Positions 1 to 8,819 of a stretch of 46,048 bases of DNA are shown here, one piece after another. Below the pieces are notes generated by a model. That model ran no database searches, was not told the DNA's origin, and saw only the letters and a list, made by a program, of their open reading frames with translations. Made by a program: the position numbers and the translations under genes. The stretch comes from Bacillota bacterium (GTDB taxonomy: Bacteria > Bacillota > Limnochordia > Darwinibacteriales > DTU012): positions 1 through 46,048 of the forward strand of contig JAAZMN010000131.1 in the NCBI GenBank assembly GCA_012798795.1, in the 5' to 3' direction. Position 1 is the first letter of the stretch; each line of letters opens with the position of its first letter.

Positions 1-1041
1 GCAGAATTAACTCGATATATCGAAAGAATTGAACCCGACTATCAGGAATTTCTGCCGGAAATGAATTGGCAGGGTATTTTCAGACCAGGTAGGCTCAAGT
101 TCAGCTTCAGTGATTTACTCAAGAAGTTGTTACAATCATTGTTTAAAGAAGTACTGCTTAGTTCACACTTGATGCGTCAATTACTGGTAATCGCACTTCT
201 TTCGGCATTTTTTAATCGGCTGCAGTTATCATTGGAAAGTACAAGCATGATAAATGTAGCTTTTGCCGTCTGTTTCTTAATCGTTATTTTTGTCGGGCTG
301 CAAAGTTTTCATGCAGTTTGTACTATAGCTAGAAACAGCATTGACGAAATGGTTTCTTTTATGTATGCTTTACTACCTGTATTGTCAACACTGCTTGCTG
401 CAGTGGGAGGGGTTACCTCAGCAGCCATTTTTCATCCTGTTTTAATTATGGTTGTCAGTGGTGTGGCGTTTTTGATATCAACAGTATTGTTTCCAATGCT
501 GAATGTCAGTGCAATAATCGGATTGCTGAGCAATTTTGCTCAGGATTTTCCTTTATCCCGCCTTGACGGCCTAATTAAGCATCTATGTACTATGCTTTTA
601 TCGTTAGTATTTACAGTATTTATCGGTGTTGTAACGGTAAGAGGTGCACTAGCGCCTATTGCAGATGGAGTCGGGTTACGAGCGGCAAAGTTTCTTACCG
701 GCACTATTGTTCCTGTTATTGGGTCAATGTTTGCAAATGCTGTGGAAGTAGTGATTGGTGGTTCATTATTAATCAAGAATACCATCGGAGTTTTTGGCCT
801 GCTCATTATTTTCTTTTTTGCAGCATTACCTATTTTAAAAATTTGGGCAGTTGTATTGATCTATAAGGTCGTAGGTGCATTAATCGAACCGATTTGCGAT
901 AAACGCATCAGTGAAGCAATTTCAGGATTAGCAGGTTCGTTAACACTGATCATGGTGTCATTAGCTACAGTTGCACTTATGTTTTTCTTAGCCATTACAA
1001 TACTGGTAGGTTTCGGCAACCTTACAGCTGCAATGAGGTGA
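1..1041 (+). CDS. spoIIIAE: Stage III sporulation protein AE (SpoIIIAE), 5'-truncated by window edge
   Basis: The reading frame is open from nt 1, with no stop before the first ATG at 61. It is a polytopic membrane protein with the SpoIIIAE-type block GLRAAKFLTGTIVPVIGSMF...LLIKNTIGVFG. AF, AG and AH follow in canonical order. Confidence 0.85.
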   Translation, partial: AELTRYIERIEPDYQEFLPEMNWQGIFRPGRLKFSFSDLLKKLLQSLFKEVLLSSHLMRQLLVIALLSAFFNRLQLSLESTSMINVAFAVCFLIVIFVGLQSFHAVCTIARNSIDEMVSFMYALLPVLSTLLAAVGGVTSAAIFHPVLIMVVSGVAFLISTVLFPMLNVSAIIGLLSNFAQDFPLSRLDGLIKHLCTMLLSLVFTVFIGVVTVRGALAPIADGVGLRAAKFLTGTIVPVIGSMFANAVEVVIGGSLLIKNTIGVFGLLIIFFFAALPILKIWAVVLIYKVVGALIEPICDKRISEAISGLAGSLTLIMVSLATVALMFFLAITILVGFGNLTAAMR

Positions 1042-1045
1042 GAAA

Positions 1046-1573
1046 GTGATAGGATGGAGAAGTTGGCTTCGTATGCTGATTGGTTTAGTTTTAGTGATAG
1101 GTCTTTTTGATATGCTCTTACCTGAGACTGATCTAAAAAAACTTGTAAAACTTGTAATGGGTTTGGTAATAATGCTTGCTGTATTACAGCCGATTACAGC
1201 TCTTTTAAATGTAGGCTGGGATGGGTCCATTTCTATTGAAGCCACATTGTATGATGACGAAATTGATTGGGGTAAAGCCGGAGAAATGATTTATGATGCC
1301 GGCTCAAAACCAGTATTACAGTTCGTGACTAACCAGGCTGATCATCAAATGGAGGCACTGCTGATAGCCAATACAATGGTTGCAGATGCTAAAATTACAA
1401 CACACATATCTGAAGATGGCACTATTACAAAGGTAAATGCAGCTATAACACTTTGTTCAAGCAGAGAACACTTCCCTCAAGAAGAAATTGATGGACTTGA
1501 AGAACTGACTAGAAATATGATCGCTAGATATTTGCAGGTTTCACAAGCCATAATTTTGGTTGAATTTGCATAG
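1046..1573 (+). CDS. spoIIIAF: Stage III sporulation protein AF (SpoIIIAF)
   Basis: 175 aa with GTG start 4 nt after the spoIIIAE stop. The N-terminal two-TM region (LIGLVLVIGLFDMLLP...VKLVMGLVIMLAVLQPI) resembles SpoIIIAF, and the operon position fits. Confidence 0.75.
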   Translation: MIGWRSWLRMLIGLVLVIGLFDMLLPETDLKKLVKLVMGLVIMLAVLQPITALLNVGWDGSISIEATLYDDEIDWGKAGEMIYDAGSKPVLQFVTNQADHQMEALLIANTMVADAKITTHISEDGTITKVNAAITLCSSREHFPQEEIDGLEELTRNMIARYLQVSQAIILVEFA

Positions 1574-1590
1574 AGTTAGGAGGAAGGTGC

Positions 1591-2127
1591 ATGTTCAAAA
1601 AACTATCGACATCCCAGCGAAAGATGCTTAATTGGTTGGGTTTTGTAATTGTTGTTGGTATCGGATTTATGCTGATTCAACCTGCAAGACAGAATAAAAT
1701 TGATACAAATCTACCTTTAACCCAAACCACCCAGCTGTATGACAGGCAAATAAACGGGGCATATGATTATGAAGAAAGAACTCAATGCTGTTTAACTGAG
1801 ATATTAACACAAATCAAAGGAGTAGGTGAAGTAAAAGTATTTGTTACACTTGATCGTGGTTCCAGTGTAGTTTTAGCACAATCTGTTACAGAAGAAACAA
1901 AGAACAGCGGTGAATCGCGGATTTCAAAAGATCCGGTTATTTTACGGTCAGATGGGAATAAAGAAGCACCACTGATCATTGAAGAATACCAACCAGTAAT
2001 ACGGGGAGTTCTGGTGGTGGCTGCTGGAGCTGAGAATCCTGATATTCGCTATCAAATATTCAAAGCCGTTCAAGCAGCATTACATCTTCCTATGTATAGA
2101 ATTGAAGTATTACCAAAAGGAAATTAG
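1591..2127 (+). CDS. spoIIIAG: Stage III sporulation protein AG (SpoIIIAG)
   Basis: AGGAGG RBS upstream and an N-terminal TM. The C-terminal block VIRGVLVVAAGAENPDIRYQIFKAVQAALHLPMYRIEVLPKG is typical of SpoIIIAG. Confidence 0.8.
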   Translation: MFKKLSTSQRKMLNWLGFVIVVGIGFMLIQPARQNKIDTNLPLTQTTQLYDRQINGAYDYEERTQCCLTEILTQIKGVGEVKVFVTLDRGSSVVLAQSVTEETKNSGESRISKDPVILRSDGNKEAPLIIEEYQPVIRGVLVVAAGAENPDIRYQIFKAVQAALHLPMYRIEVLPKGN

Positions 2128-2142
2128 AAGAGGTGAGTATAA

Positions 2143-2748
2143 ATGTATTATGTGATTCACGGGCGTAGGACAGTGCTTTTGTTGGTTTTATTATTAGTAA
2201 TCGGGGTAACTTTTTGGTTCGGTTTTTGCTCAAATTCTGGAAATCCATCTGATGATTTAGAATTCGATACTGTTTATGGTGATGCAGATAACCTTGAGTT
2301 TGCGTCAGAACCGGTGGTGGAAGTATTGGCAGGTGGTGTCCAACGAACAGTCAGCGAGCTTGACCAAAATGTTATTGTATCAGTTGCATCTGTACCTACT
2401 AAGTTTGCTGAATACCGTATTGAAAGAGAAAAAGTAAGAAGCCGTCGCTTAGAGCTGTTAGAAAATACTATTAATGATGCATCATTATCCGAGCAGTACC
2501 GCCAAGAGCTGCAGGGAGAATTATTAAATCTCTTGGATAATGTGGCGAAAGAGACTGAAATTGAGAATCTATTAAAAGCCAATGGATACTTAGATGCGGT
2601 TATCTTGATGGAAAATGAGTCCGCTACAGTAGTAGTTCCAGTTTCGTTGACAAGGGAGGAGGCAATGGTTATCGGAGACCTAGTACATCGGATTACCGGA
2701 ATTCGCTTGGAACGAATAACAATAGTAGATGAATTGACTAGAAGCTGA
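2143..2748 (+). CDS. spoIIIAH: Stage III sporulation protein AH (SpoIIIAH)
   Basis: N-terminal TM, the FAEYRIEREKVRSR motif and a C-terminal YscJ/FliF-like domain (LLKANGYLDAVILMENESATVVV). It is the last gene of the spoIIIA operon. Confidence 0.75.
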   Translation: MYYVIHGRRTVLLLVLLLVIGVTFWFGFCSNSGNPSDDLEFDTVYGDADNLEFASEPVVEVLAGGVQRTVSELDQNVIVSVASVPTKFAEYRIEREKVRSRRLELLENTINDASLSEQYRQELQGELLNLLDNVAKETEIENLLKANGYLDAVILMENESATVVVPVSLTREEAMVIGDLVHRITGIRLERITIVDELTRS

Positions 2749-2749
2749 G

Positions 2750-2778
2750 GAAAGCCAAGGGTAATCCTTGGTTTTCTT
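2750..2778 (+). terminator. Hairpin after spoIIIAH (possible terminator or attenuator)
   Basis: GAAAGCCAAGG (2750-2760) pairs with CCTTGGTTTTC (2766-2776), 11 bp with one G-U and loop GTAAT. The T residues lie mostly inside the 3' arm, so termination strength is uncertain. Confidence 0.4.
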
Positions 2779-2889
2779 AACTGTTGGGCATGAAAAATGA
2801 TTAATGTGGAAAAGTATACCATTGAACAGGAGTATATTAGCTGTATGTCGAAAATAGACTCAGTTCCAGAAACATATGGGAGGGTTCAT

Positions 2890-3315
2890 ATGAATATAAA
2901 TGAGATAAAAGAGTTAATTAAATTATTTAATGAATACGACATAGCCGAACTCGAATTAGAAATGGAAGATATCAAGCTTAGACTTGTTAAAGATGACTTA
3001 GCCCAATCTAATCATATTTCTGTCGACTGTAATCAGCAGCTCAACACAGTAAAAGCGACAAAAGATGATAATGTTTTTGAGATGTGCTCACCTATGGTTG
3101 GAACTCTTTATCGTGCTCCGTCTCCTACAAGCGAACCCTTTGTCCATCAGGGATGTAGGATAAATGAAGGGCAGGTATTATGCATAATTGAAGCTATGAA
3201 GCTGATGAATGAAATTGAGTCGGAGGTTGAAGGTAAACTACTAAAAGTTTTAGTAGAAAACGGACAACCTGTAGAATACGGGCAGCCCCTATTTCTCATA
3301 GAGTTAGCTGATTAG
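2890..3315 (+). CDS. accB: Acetyl-CoA carboxylase biotin carboxyl carrier protein
   Basis: Biotinylation motif [10 protein letters not shown] is present. I chose ATG 2890, preceded by GGGAGG, rather than the 2797 ORF-track start because the extension has no RBS. Confidence 0.9.
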   Translation: MNINEIKELIKLFNEYDIAELELEMEDIKLRLVKDDLAQSNHISVDCNQQLNTVKATKDDNVFEMCSPMVGTLYRAPSPTSEPFVHQGCRINEGQVLCIIEAMKLMNEIESEVEGKLLKVLVENGQPVEYGQPLFLIELAD

Positions 3316-3329
3316 AGGGTGATTATACT

Positions 3330-4676
3330 GTGTTTGAAAAAGTATTAATTGCAAATCGCGGCGAAATTGCCCTAAGGGTAATTCGTGCGTGTCGCGAATT
3401 AGGAATAAAAACAGCAGCAATTTACTCAGAAGCCGATCAGGAATCACTGCACGTTAAATTTGCCGACCAAGCTATTTGTGTAGGGCCGGCACAATCCAGC
3501 AGTAGTTATCTGCATATCCCTAATATTATATCTGCAGCTGTACTAAGCGGAGCAGATGCAGTTCATCCCGGATATGGATATTTAAGCGAAAATTCCGACT
3601 TTGCAGAAATATGTGCAGCACATGGGTTAGTATTTATTGGGCCCACTGCGGCACAGATTGAAAGAATGGCGGATAAGGCTCAAGCTAAAGCTGAAATGAA
3701 AGCAGCTGGTGTTCCGGTTTTACCAGGCAGTGAGCGCTCAATAAATAATGAAGTGGAATTATTGAAGATCTGTAAAAAGATCGGTTATCCGGTTATGATT
3801 AAAGCTTCGGCAGGCGGTGGAGGCAGAGGAATGCGGTTGGCTGCCAACGAAAACGAGCTTATTAAGGCTTATCGATTAGCACGTTCTGAAGCTGGGGCGG
3901 TTTTTGGTAACGATAAGGTGTATATTGAAAAATACATTAAAAACCCTCGCCATATTGAGATTCAACTATTAGGTGACAGCCATGGCAACATTGTTCATTT
4001 TGGCGAGCGGGAATGTTCACTGCAGCGCAGACATCAAAAAGTCATAGAAGAATCCCCATCGCCTGTTGTCAGCAGCAGGCTGCGGAAAAAAATGGGTTTA
4101 GCTGCTGTGCGGGGAGCTAAAGCCGTAAATTACCTTAATGCAGGTACAGTAGAGTTTCTCTTAGATGAAAATGATGAGTTTTATTTCATGGAAATGAATA
4201 CTAGAATTCAAGTTGAACATACAGTTACCGAAATGGTCTACGGAGTTGATCTAGTCAAAGCTCAAATACAAATAGCTGCTGGAGCTGAAATAGCATATGA
4301 ACAAAGTGAGATTGTACCGACAGCTCATGCTCTAGAATGCCGCTTATTTGCTGAGGATCCGCTGCAAAGTTTTCTGCCTTCGCCAGGTATTATTACTAAG
4401 CTGCATATTCCCGGCGGCCATGGTGTGCGTTGGGATAGCCATATATATCAGGGATATGAAATTAGTCCTTATTATGATTCTATGTTTGGCAAACTGATAA
4501 CATGGGGAGAAGATCGGGATGAGGCAATAGAACGCATGTTAAGTGCATTATCGGAGATCCAGATTGAGGGTATCCAACATAATGTAGAGTTTCATAAATG
4601 GCTATTGCAGCATGAAAAATTTCGTCAGGGAGATTATTCCGCTGATTTTCTTGAGCGGGTGATGACTGAGTTTTAA
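3330..4676 (+). CDS. accC: Acetyl-CoA carboxylase biotin carboxylase subunit
   Basis: 448 aa with a GTG start. Hallmarks include KVLIANRGEIALRVIRA, the ATP-grasp loop KASAGGGGRGMR and EMNTRIQVEHTVTE. Confidence 0.95.
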   Translation: MFEKVLIANRGEIALRVIRACRELGIKTAAIYSEADQESLHVKFADQAICVGPAQSSSSYLHIPNIISAAVLSGADAVHPGYGYLSENSDFAEICAAHGLVFIGPTAAQIERMADKAQAKAEMKAAGVPVLPGSERSINNEVELLKICKKIGYPVMIKASAGGGGRGMRLAANENELIKAYRLARSEAGAVFGNDKVYIEKYIKNPRHIEIQLLGDSHGNIVHFGERECSLQRRHQKVIEESPSPVVSSRLRKKMGLAAVRGAKAVNYLNAGTVEFLLDENDEFYFMEMNTRIQVEHTVTEMVYGVDLVKAQIQIAAGAEIAYEQSEIVPTAHALECRLFAEDPLQSFLPSPGIITKLHIPGGHGVRWDSHIYQGYEISPYYDSMFGKLITWGEDRDEAIERMLSALSEIQIEGIQHNVEFHKWLLQHEKFRQGDYSADFLERVMTEF

Positions 4677-4731
4677 ATTGTAATAAGTTAGAGTGTTTGT
4701 TATAATACTACTATAAGGAGGTATGTGTACT

Positions 4732-5130
4732 ATGGCAGAAGAAGAGAGAATTAGTTTAGGAGAACTTAGGATCGCTAATGAAGTAGTAGGTATAATAGCA
4801 GGATTAGCAGCTACTGAAGTTGAAGGAGTTGCCGGGATGAGCGGCGGAATTGCCGGCGGTATTGCAGAGATGTTAGGCAGAAAAAATCTGGCTAAGGGTG
4901 TAAAAGTTGAAGTAGGCGAAGAGCAGGCTGCTCTCGATTTATATGTAATAGTCAATTATGGAGTGGCTATACAAGAGGTCGCCAAGAATATACAGCGTAA
5001 TGTGAAGCAAGCCATAGAAGGAATGACTGGTTTAGATGTGGTTGAAGTAAACATTCATGTTTTAGGAGTGCATTTCCCACAACAACAGGTTGAAGAACCG
5101 CAGGAAACGCCCCCTGTTCGGGTTAAGTAG
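4732..5130 (+). CDS. Asp23/Gls24-family alkaline shock protein
   Basis: IANEVVGIIAGLAATEVEGVAGM and the remaining sequence are typical of Asp23. The start was taken at ATG 4732, after an AAGGAGG RBS. Confidence 0.85.
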   Translation: MAEEERISLGELRIANEVVGIIAGLAATEVEGVAGMSGGIAGGIAEMLGRKNLAKGVKVEVGEEQAALDLYVIVNYGVAIQEVAKNIQRNVKQAIEGMTGLDVVEVNIHVLGVHFPQQQVEEPQETPPVRVK

Positions 5131-5658
5131 ATGGCTTTAGTTGATAGAATAATCATTGCTGTTGTTGCTGTCGTGTTAACTATTATTGGAGTATTTGCTG
5201 CTCTAACCACATGGGGCAGTAGTGTTTTGATAGATTGGCTGGTTTCACTGAAGTATGCAAAGCTTGATGGAATTCTGCTGATAATTATCTTACTGTTATT
5301 GGCAGCTTATTTGATTATGATGATCTTCAGCAGCTTTAAGTCTGAACGCCGTTCTATAGTTCGCAGTACGGAGTTGGGTGACATTCGTATCAATGCTCAG
5401 ACCATTATAGGTTTAGTAGATAAAGCAGTAAAAGAGATTGAAGGAATAAAGGATGTAGATGTTCGTTTGCATGAAGTAGAGCCTTTGAAAGTTGAAATTG
5501 GATTACAGTTGCTTCCGGACTATCATATTCCTCATTTAACAGAATCGATTCAACTTGAGATTAAGAATTATCTGCAGAATACAGTGGGCGTAGAAACTGA
5601 CGTGATTAATATATTGGTTAAAGGAGTTTTACCTGAACAGCGAATTCGAGTTCAGTAA
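5131..5658 (+). CDS. amaP: Alkaline shock response membrane anchor protein (AmaP-like)
   Basis: It starts immediately after the asp23 stop. Two N-terminal TM helices are followed by an Asp23-like soluble domain, which is the usual Asp23 partner architecture. Confidence 0.65.
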   Translation: MALVDRIIIAVVAVVLTIIGVFAALTTWGSSVLIDWLVSLKYAKLDGILLIIILLLLAAYLIMMIFSSFKSERRSIVRSTELGDIRINAQTIIGLVDKAVKEIEGIKDVDVRLHEVEPLKVEIGLQLLPDYHIPHLTESIQLEIKNYLQNTVGVETDVINILVKGVLPEQRIRVQ

Positions 5659-5660
5659 GC

Positions 5661-6101
5661 TTGATGTTTAGGGGTGAGGGGTATTTGAGTAGACGACTTG
5701 CTCGGCAAACAGCGTTAGAAATATTGTATCAAATAGATATTACCAAAAGTACTTTGGAATATGCAATTGAGAACACACCGGCCGAAACGCCTTTAGACTG
5801 CTCGGATCGGGAATTTGCTCACTCTTTAGTAACCGGAGTTATCGCTAGATTACCAGAGATTGACGGTATAATTGCTCAATTTGCGAAAGATTGGAAAGTC
5901 GAGCGGATGGCTTATATCGATCGTAATATTTTACGGTTAGCAACTTATGAATTAAAATACTTGGACGATGTGCCTATTAAAGTTAGTGTCAACGAAGCGG
6001 TTGAGTTAGCAAAAAAATTTAGTGATCAAAAAGCCGCAAAATTCATCAATGGAATATTAGGTACTGTGGTTGATTATGTTAGTGAGGGCGAAAATGAGTA
6101 A
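5661..6101 (+). CDS. nusB: Transcription antitermination factor NusB
   Basis: RLARQTALEILYQ..., ERMAYIDRNILRLATYEL and NEAVELAKKF...KFINGILG are NusB signatures. Confidence 0.9.
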   Translation: MMFRGEGYLSRRLARQTALEILYQIDITKSTLEYAIENTPAETPLDCSDREFAHSLVTGVIARLPEIDGIIAQFAKDWKVERMAYIDRNILRLATYELKYLDDVPIKVSVNEAVELAKKFSDQKAAKFINGILGTVVDYVSEGENE

Positions 6102-7074
6102 TGAGTATTTTTTGGGGGTTGATACTAGTAACTATACTACTTCGCTGGCTGTAGTGGACAAACAAGCGAAACTAACGGCGGAGAGTCGCAAGCTGCTGCC
6201 GGTAGAAAAGGGTAAAAGAGGGTTTCGTCAATCAGAAGCATTGTTTTGGCATGTGCAGAACCTACCTAATGCGGTTCAGGAGATTACCCAATTGCTCCCT
6301 GGTTTTCATCATCAGCTGAGAGCAGTTGCGGTATCAGTTAAACCGCGTCCTAGGGCGGATTCATACATGCCGGTTTTTTTGCCGGGCAAAGCATTAGCCC
6401 AGTCATTGGCAGCTCTGCTAGAAGTTCCATATTATGATCTGTCCCATCAAGAAAATCACATTTGGGCGGGATTGGTCGATGCTGGCGGGCCAAAATCAAA
6501 TCGGTTTATTGCCCTGCATTTGTCAGGTGGAACTAGTGAGATTTTAGACGTATATCTAAATAGAAAAGATTTTCATTTTAAGGTTGTTACTTTGGGTGGA
6601 ACTACCGATTTACATGCAGGACAATTCATTGATCGAGTGGGAGTTGCAATTGGTTTACCCTTTCCTGCCGGAACCCATTTAGAAAAACTTGCATTAGAAA
6701 GCAGAGCCGATCTGATTATTCCGTCTTTTCATCGAAATGGGGAGATTAGTTTTGCCGGTCCTGAGTCAGCGGCTATGCGTATGCTGGAAATTGAGAGTCA
6801 TGCTGATATTGCTCGTGCAGTTCTGTTGAACATTAGTCGTACAGTAACAAAATTAATTAATTGGGCTGCAGAGAAAACCGGTGTAAAACAAGTATTGCTA
6901 GTCGGTGGAGTCTGTGCAAACTTAATTATCAGACAAGAATTACAGCTGCGTTTACCAAATTTGGATTTATATTTTGCTGCACCCGGCCGCAGTGTAGATA
7001 ATGCATTTGGCGCAGCTTTATTTTGCGGATTATGCTATCGAGGGGAAAGCTTTTTTGGTAATTTTTTTGAGTAG
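6094..7074 (+). CDS. TsaD/Kae1-like (peptidase M22, ASKHA-fold) family protein, paralog type
   Basis: The N-terminus FLGVDTSNYTTSLAVV resembles the TsaD LGIETSCDET block. An H-x3-H pair (SHQENH) and the C-terminal VGGVCANLIIR block are present. ATG 6094 overlaps the nusB stop (6099-6101). Confidence 0.7.
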   Translation: MSNEYFLGVDTSNYTTSLAVVDKQAKLTAESRKLLPVEKGKRGFRQSEALFWHVQNLPNAVQEITQLLPGFHHQLRAVAVSVKPRPRADSYMPVFLPGKALAQSLAALLEVPYYDLSHQENHIWAGLVDAGGPKSNRFIALHLSGGTSEILDVYLNRKDFHFKVVTLGGTTDLHAGQFIDRVGVAIGLPFPAGTHLEKLALESRADLIIPSFHRNGEISFAGPESAAMRMLEIESHADIARAVLLNISRTVTKLINWAAEKTGVKQVLLVGGVCANLIIRQELQLRLPNLDLYFAAPGRSVDNAFGAALFCGLCYRGESFFGNFFE

Positions 7075-7109
7075 CCATGCATAAAGTGTAGCAAAAAGGA
7101 GGAGAAGTA

Positions 7110-7247
7110 ATGTGGGTTAAATTAGTTATCGGTGCGATAGCCGGTTTAATCATTGGGCATTGGGTTGCTCCTGGCTACGCGGTGTGGGCAATAATAGGAA
7201 TTATTTTAGGTGGTCTAGTAGAGTTAGTAGTGAGAATGCAAACTAAA
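7110..7247 (+). CDS. Small hydrophobic protein (45 aa), possibly frameshifted
   Basis: It is too short for the ORF track. A strong RBS, AAAGGAGGAG, ends 5 nt before ATG 7110. The translation is MWVKLVIGAIAGLIIGHWVAPGYAVWAIIGNYFRWSSRVSSENAN. The +1 frame from 7201 continues as a membrane helix; see findings. Confidence 0.35.
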
Positions 7248-7276
7248 AAATAAAGTGGAGGAAAATAATGTGATTC

Positions 7277-7300
7277 AGCCGGGTGAAACCGGCTTTTTTG
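7277..7300 (+). terminator. Rho-independent terminator
   Basis: AGCCGG (7277-7282), loop GTGAAA, then CCGGCT (7289-7294), followed by a T run through 7299. Confidence 0.6.
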
Positions 7301-7368
7301 GTTATGGTTACTCAGGCAGGGATCGACTGTTGTGGAAGCGAAAATAATCAAAGGAGGGGAAAATAATA

Positions 7369-8592
7369 ATGCACCAAATGCATATCATCACTGTCAGCCA
7401 ATTAACCAGACAGATAAAAACTGTATTGGAACAGCCTCTGTTTCAACAACTGAAAGTTGAAGGAGAGATTTCAAATTTTAAACATCACAGTTCAGGACAT
7501 ATGTATTTTACCTTAAAAGATGAGCACAGCCGTATTAGAGCGGTAATGTTCCGTGGAAGAAATATTAGATTGGGGTTTGAACCAAAGAATGGAGATACAG
7601 TAGTAGCCATAGGTTCTCTTGGCGTTTACGAGCCTAATGGTGAGTATCAAATCTATGTCGAACAGATGCTTCCACAAGGAGTGGGCTTACTTCATATTAG
7701 ATTTGAAGAATTGAAACAAAAATTGGAGCAGGAAGGATTATTTGATCCAGAAAGGAAGCGGCCGCTGCCGTTTTTGCCGCGCAAGGTTGCAGTTATTACT
7801 TCTCCTACTAGTGCAGCAGTGCGCGATGTAATAAGTGTTATTAAAAGAAGATTTCCCGCAATGGAGCTCTTAATTGTACCGGCAGTCGTCCAAGGAGAAG
7901 ATGGACCGCAAAGTGTAACAGCTGCATTTGAACAAGTGAATTCTCAAAATGATGTGGATTTGGTAATTGTAACACGGGGCGGAGGTTCTATTGAAGAACT
8001 ATGGACATTTAATGATGAAACTGTAGCTAGAGCTATCTATAATTGTTCTGTTCCGGTGATCAGCGGTATCGGTCATGAAACCGATTTTACAATTGCAGAT
8101 TTTGCAGCCGATCATCGTGCAGCAACTCCGTCGGCAGCAGCTGAATTAGCTGTTCCAGATTACTATCATTTATCTTTATCTGTTAATAGGCTGAGCAGCA
8201 GATTATTATCTACTGTCAATAAATTAATTAATGAAAAACGGACAATTTTAGGTTATTTAACGAAGCGCAGTGTTTTGCTGCGTCCTAAAGTAAGAATAAA
8301 TCAGGAGAGACAGCGAGTTGATGAATCGCTGTCAAGAATTTGTTTAGTAGTCAATCATCAGTTAAATTTATTAAATCAGCGTTTATTAACTGCCACCGGA
8401 AAACTAGATAGCCTCAGTCCTCTGTCTACCTTATCAAGGGGTTATGCAGTTTGTCAAAAGCCAGACAAAACCGTTGTGACCGATCCTAATCAAGTTAAAA
8501 TCGGTGAAGATGTTGTTGTGCGGGTGAAATCCGGCCGATTATGGTGTCAAGTAAAGAAAGGAGAACAGATCAAATATGAGCGACGATCTTAA
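7369..8592 (+). CDS. xseA: Exodeoxyribonuclease VII large subunit
   Basis: 407 aa with an N-terminal OB fold (VSQLTRQIKTVLE...GEISNFKHHSSGHMYFTLKD). The catalytic core contains RGGGSIEELWTFNDE and GIGHETDFTIADF. Confidence 0.9.
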   Translation: MHQMHIITVSQLTRQIKTVLEQPLFQQLKVEGEISNFKHHSSGHMYFTLKDEHSRIRAVMFRGRNIRLGFEPKNGDTVVAIGSLGVYEPNGEYQIYVEQMLPQGVGLLHIRFEELKQKLEQEGLFDPERKRPLPFLPRKVAVITSPTSAAVRDVISVIKRRFPAMELLIVPAVVQGEDGPQSVTAAFEQVNSQNDVDLVIVTRGGGSIEELWTFNDETVARAIYNCSVPVISGIGHETDFTIADFAADHRAATPSAAAELAVPDYYHLSLSVNRLSSRLLSTVNKLINEKRTILGYLTKRSVLLRPKVRINQERQRVDESLSRICLVVNHQLNLLNQRLLTATGKLDSLSPLSTLSRGYAVCQKPDKTVVTDPNQVKIGEDVVVRVKSGRLWCQVKKGEQIKYERRS

Positions 8593-8812
8593 ATTAAGTT
8601 TTGAAGAGGCTTTGACAAATTTAGAAGGGATCATTAAACAGCTGGAAGATGGGGAGATTACCTTAGAACAATCATTAAAGCTATTTGAACAAGGGGTAAA
8701 ACTAGCGCGGATATGTACAGCAAAACTCGATGATTATGAAGATAAAATTGAGATTCTGTTGGAAAAGGACGGAGAGTTTTTACGCGAACCTTTTAGCTGT
8801 GAAGGAGAATGA
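8576..8812 (+). CDS. xseB: Exodeoxyribonuclease VII small subunit
   Basis: 78 aa with the SFEEALTNLEGIIKQLEDGEITLEQSLKLFEQGVKL signature. It overlaps the xseA 3' end by 17 nt. Confidence 0.9.
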   Translation: MSDDLKLSFEEALTNLEGIIKQLEDGEITLEQSLKLFEQGVKLARICTAKLDDYEDKIEILLEKDGEFLREPFSCEGE

Positions 8813-8819
8813 AATTACT

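Noticed and set aside
2274-2822. 182-aa minus-strand ORF antisense to spoIIIAH
   Set aside because: The plus-strand frame has clear SpoIIIAH similarity and operon context. The antisense product is Ser/Thr/Ile-rich with no start context. Long antisense ORFs are common in AT-rich, stop-poor frames.
2846-2852. Spo0A-box-like heptamers TGTCGAA at 2846-2852 (upstream of accB), 38523-38529 and 43856-43862
   Set aside because: A 7-mer is expected a few times by chance in 46 kb. Two of the three copies lie inside coding sequence, and there is no clustering or proximity to a promoter.
7268-7347. An RBS (GGAGG 7257-7261) followed by an ATG-TGA start-stop pair, and an overlapping 25-aa GTG ORF (7270-7347)
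   Set aside because: The putative ORF runs straight through the terminator hairpin and T tract at 7277-7300, and its sequence is unremarkable. A regulatory mini-ORF cannot be excluded, but nothing in the sequence supports one.
8730-8819. N-terminal extensions in the ORF track, including ispA from 8730, accB from 2797, tlyA from 12850, the deacetylase from 25075, ymxH from 29766 and RNase J from 36427
   Set aside because: The extensions overlap upstream genes or contain the real Shine-Dalgarno sequence. Internal ATGs with properly spaced RBSs coincide with the conserved protein N-termini.
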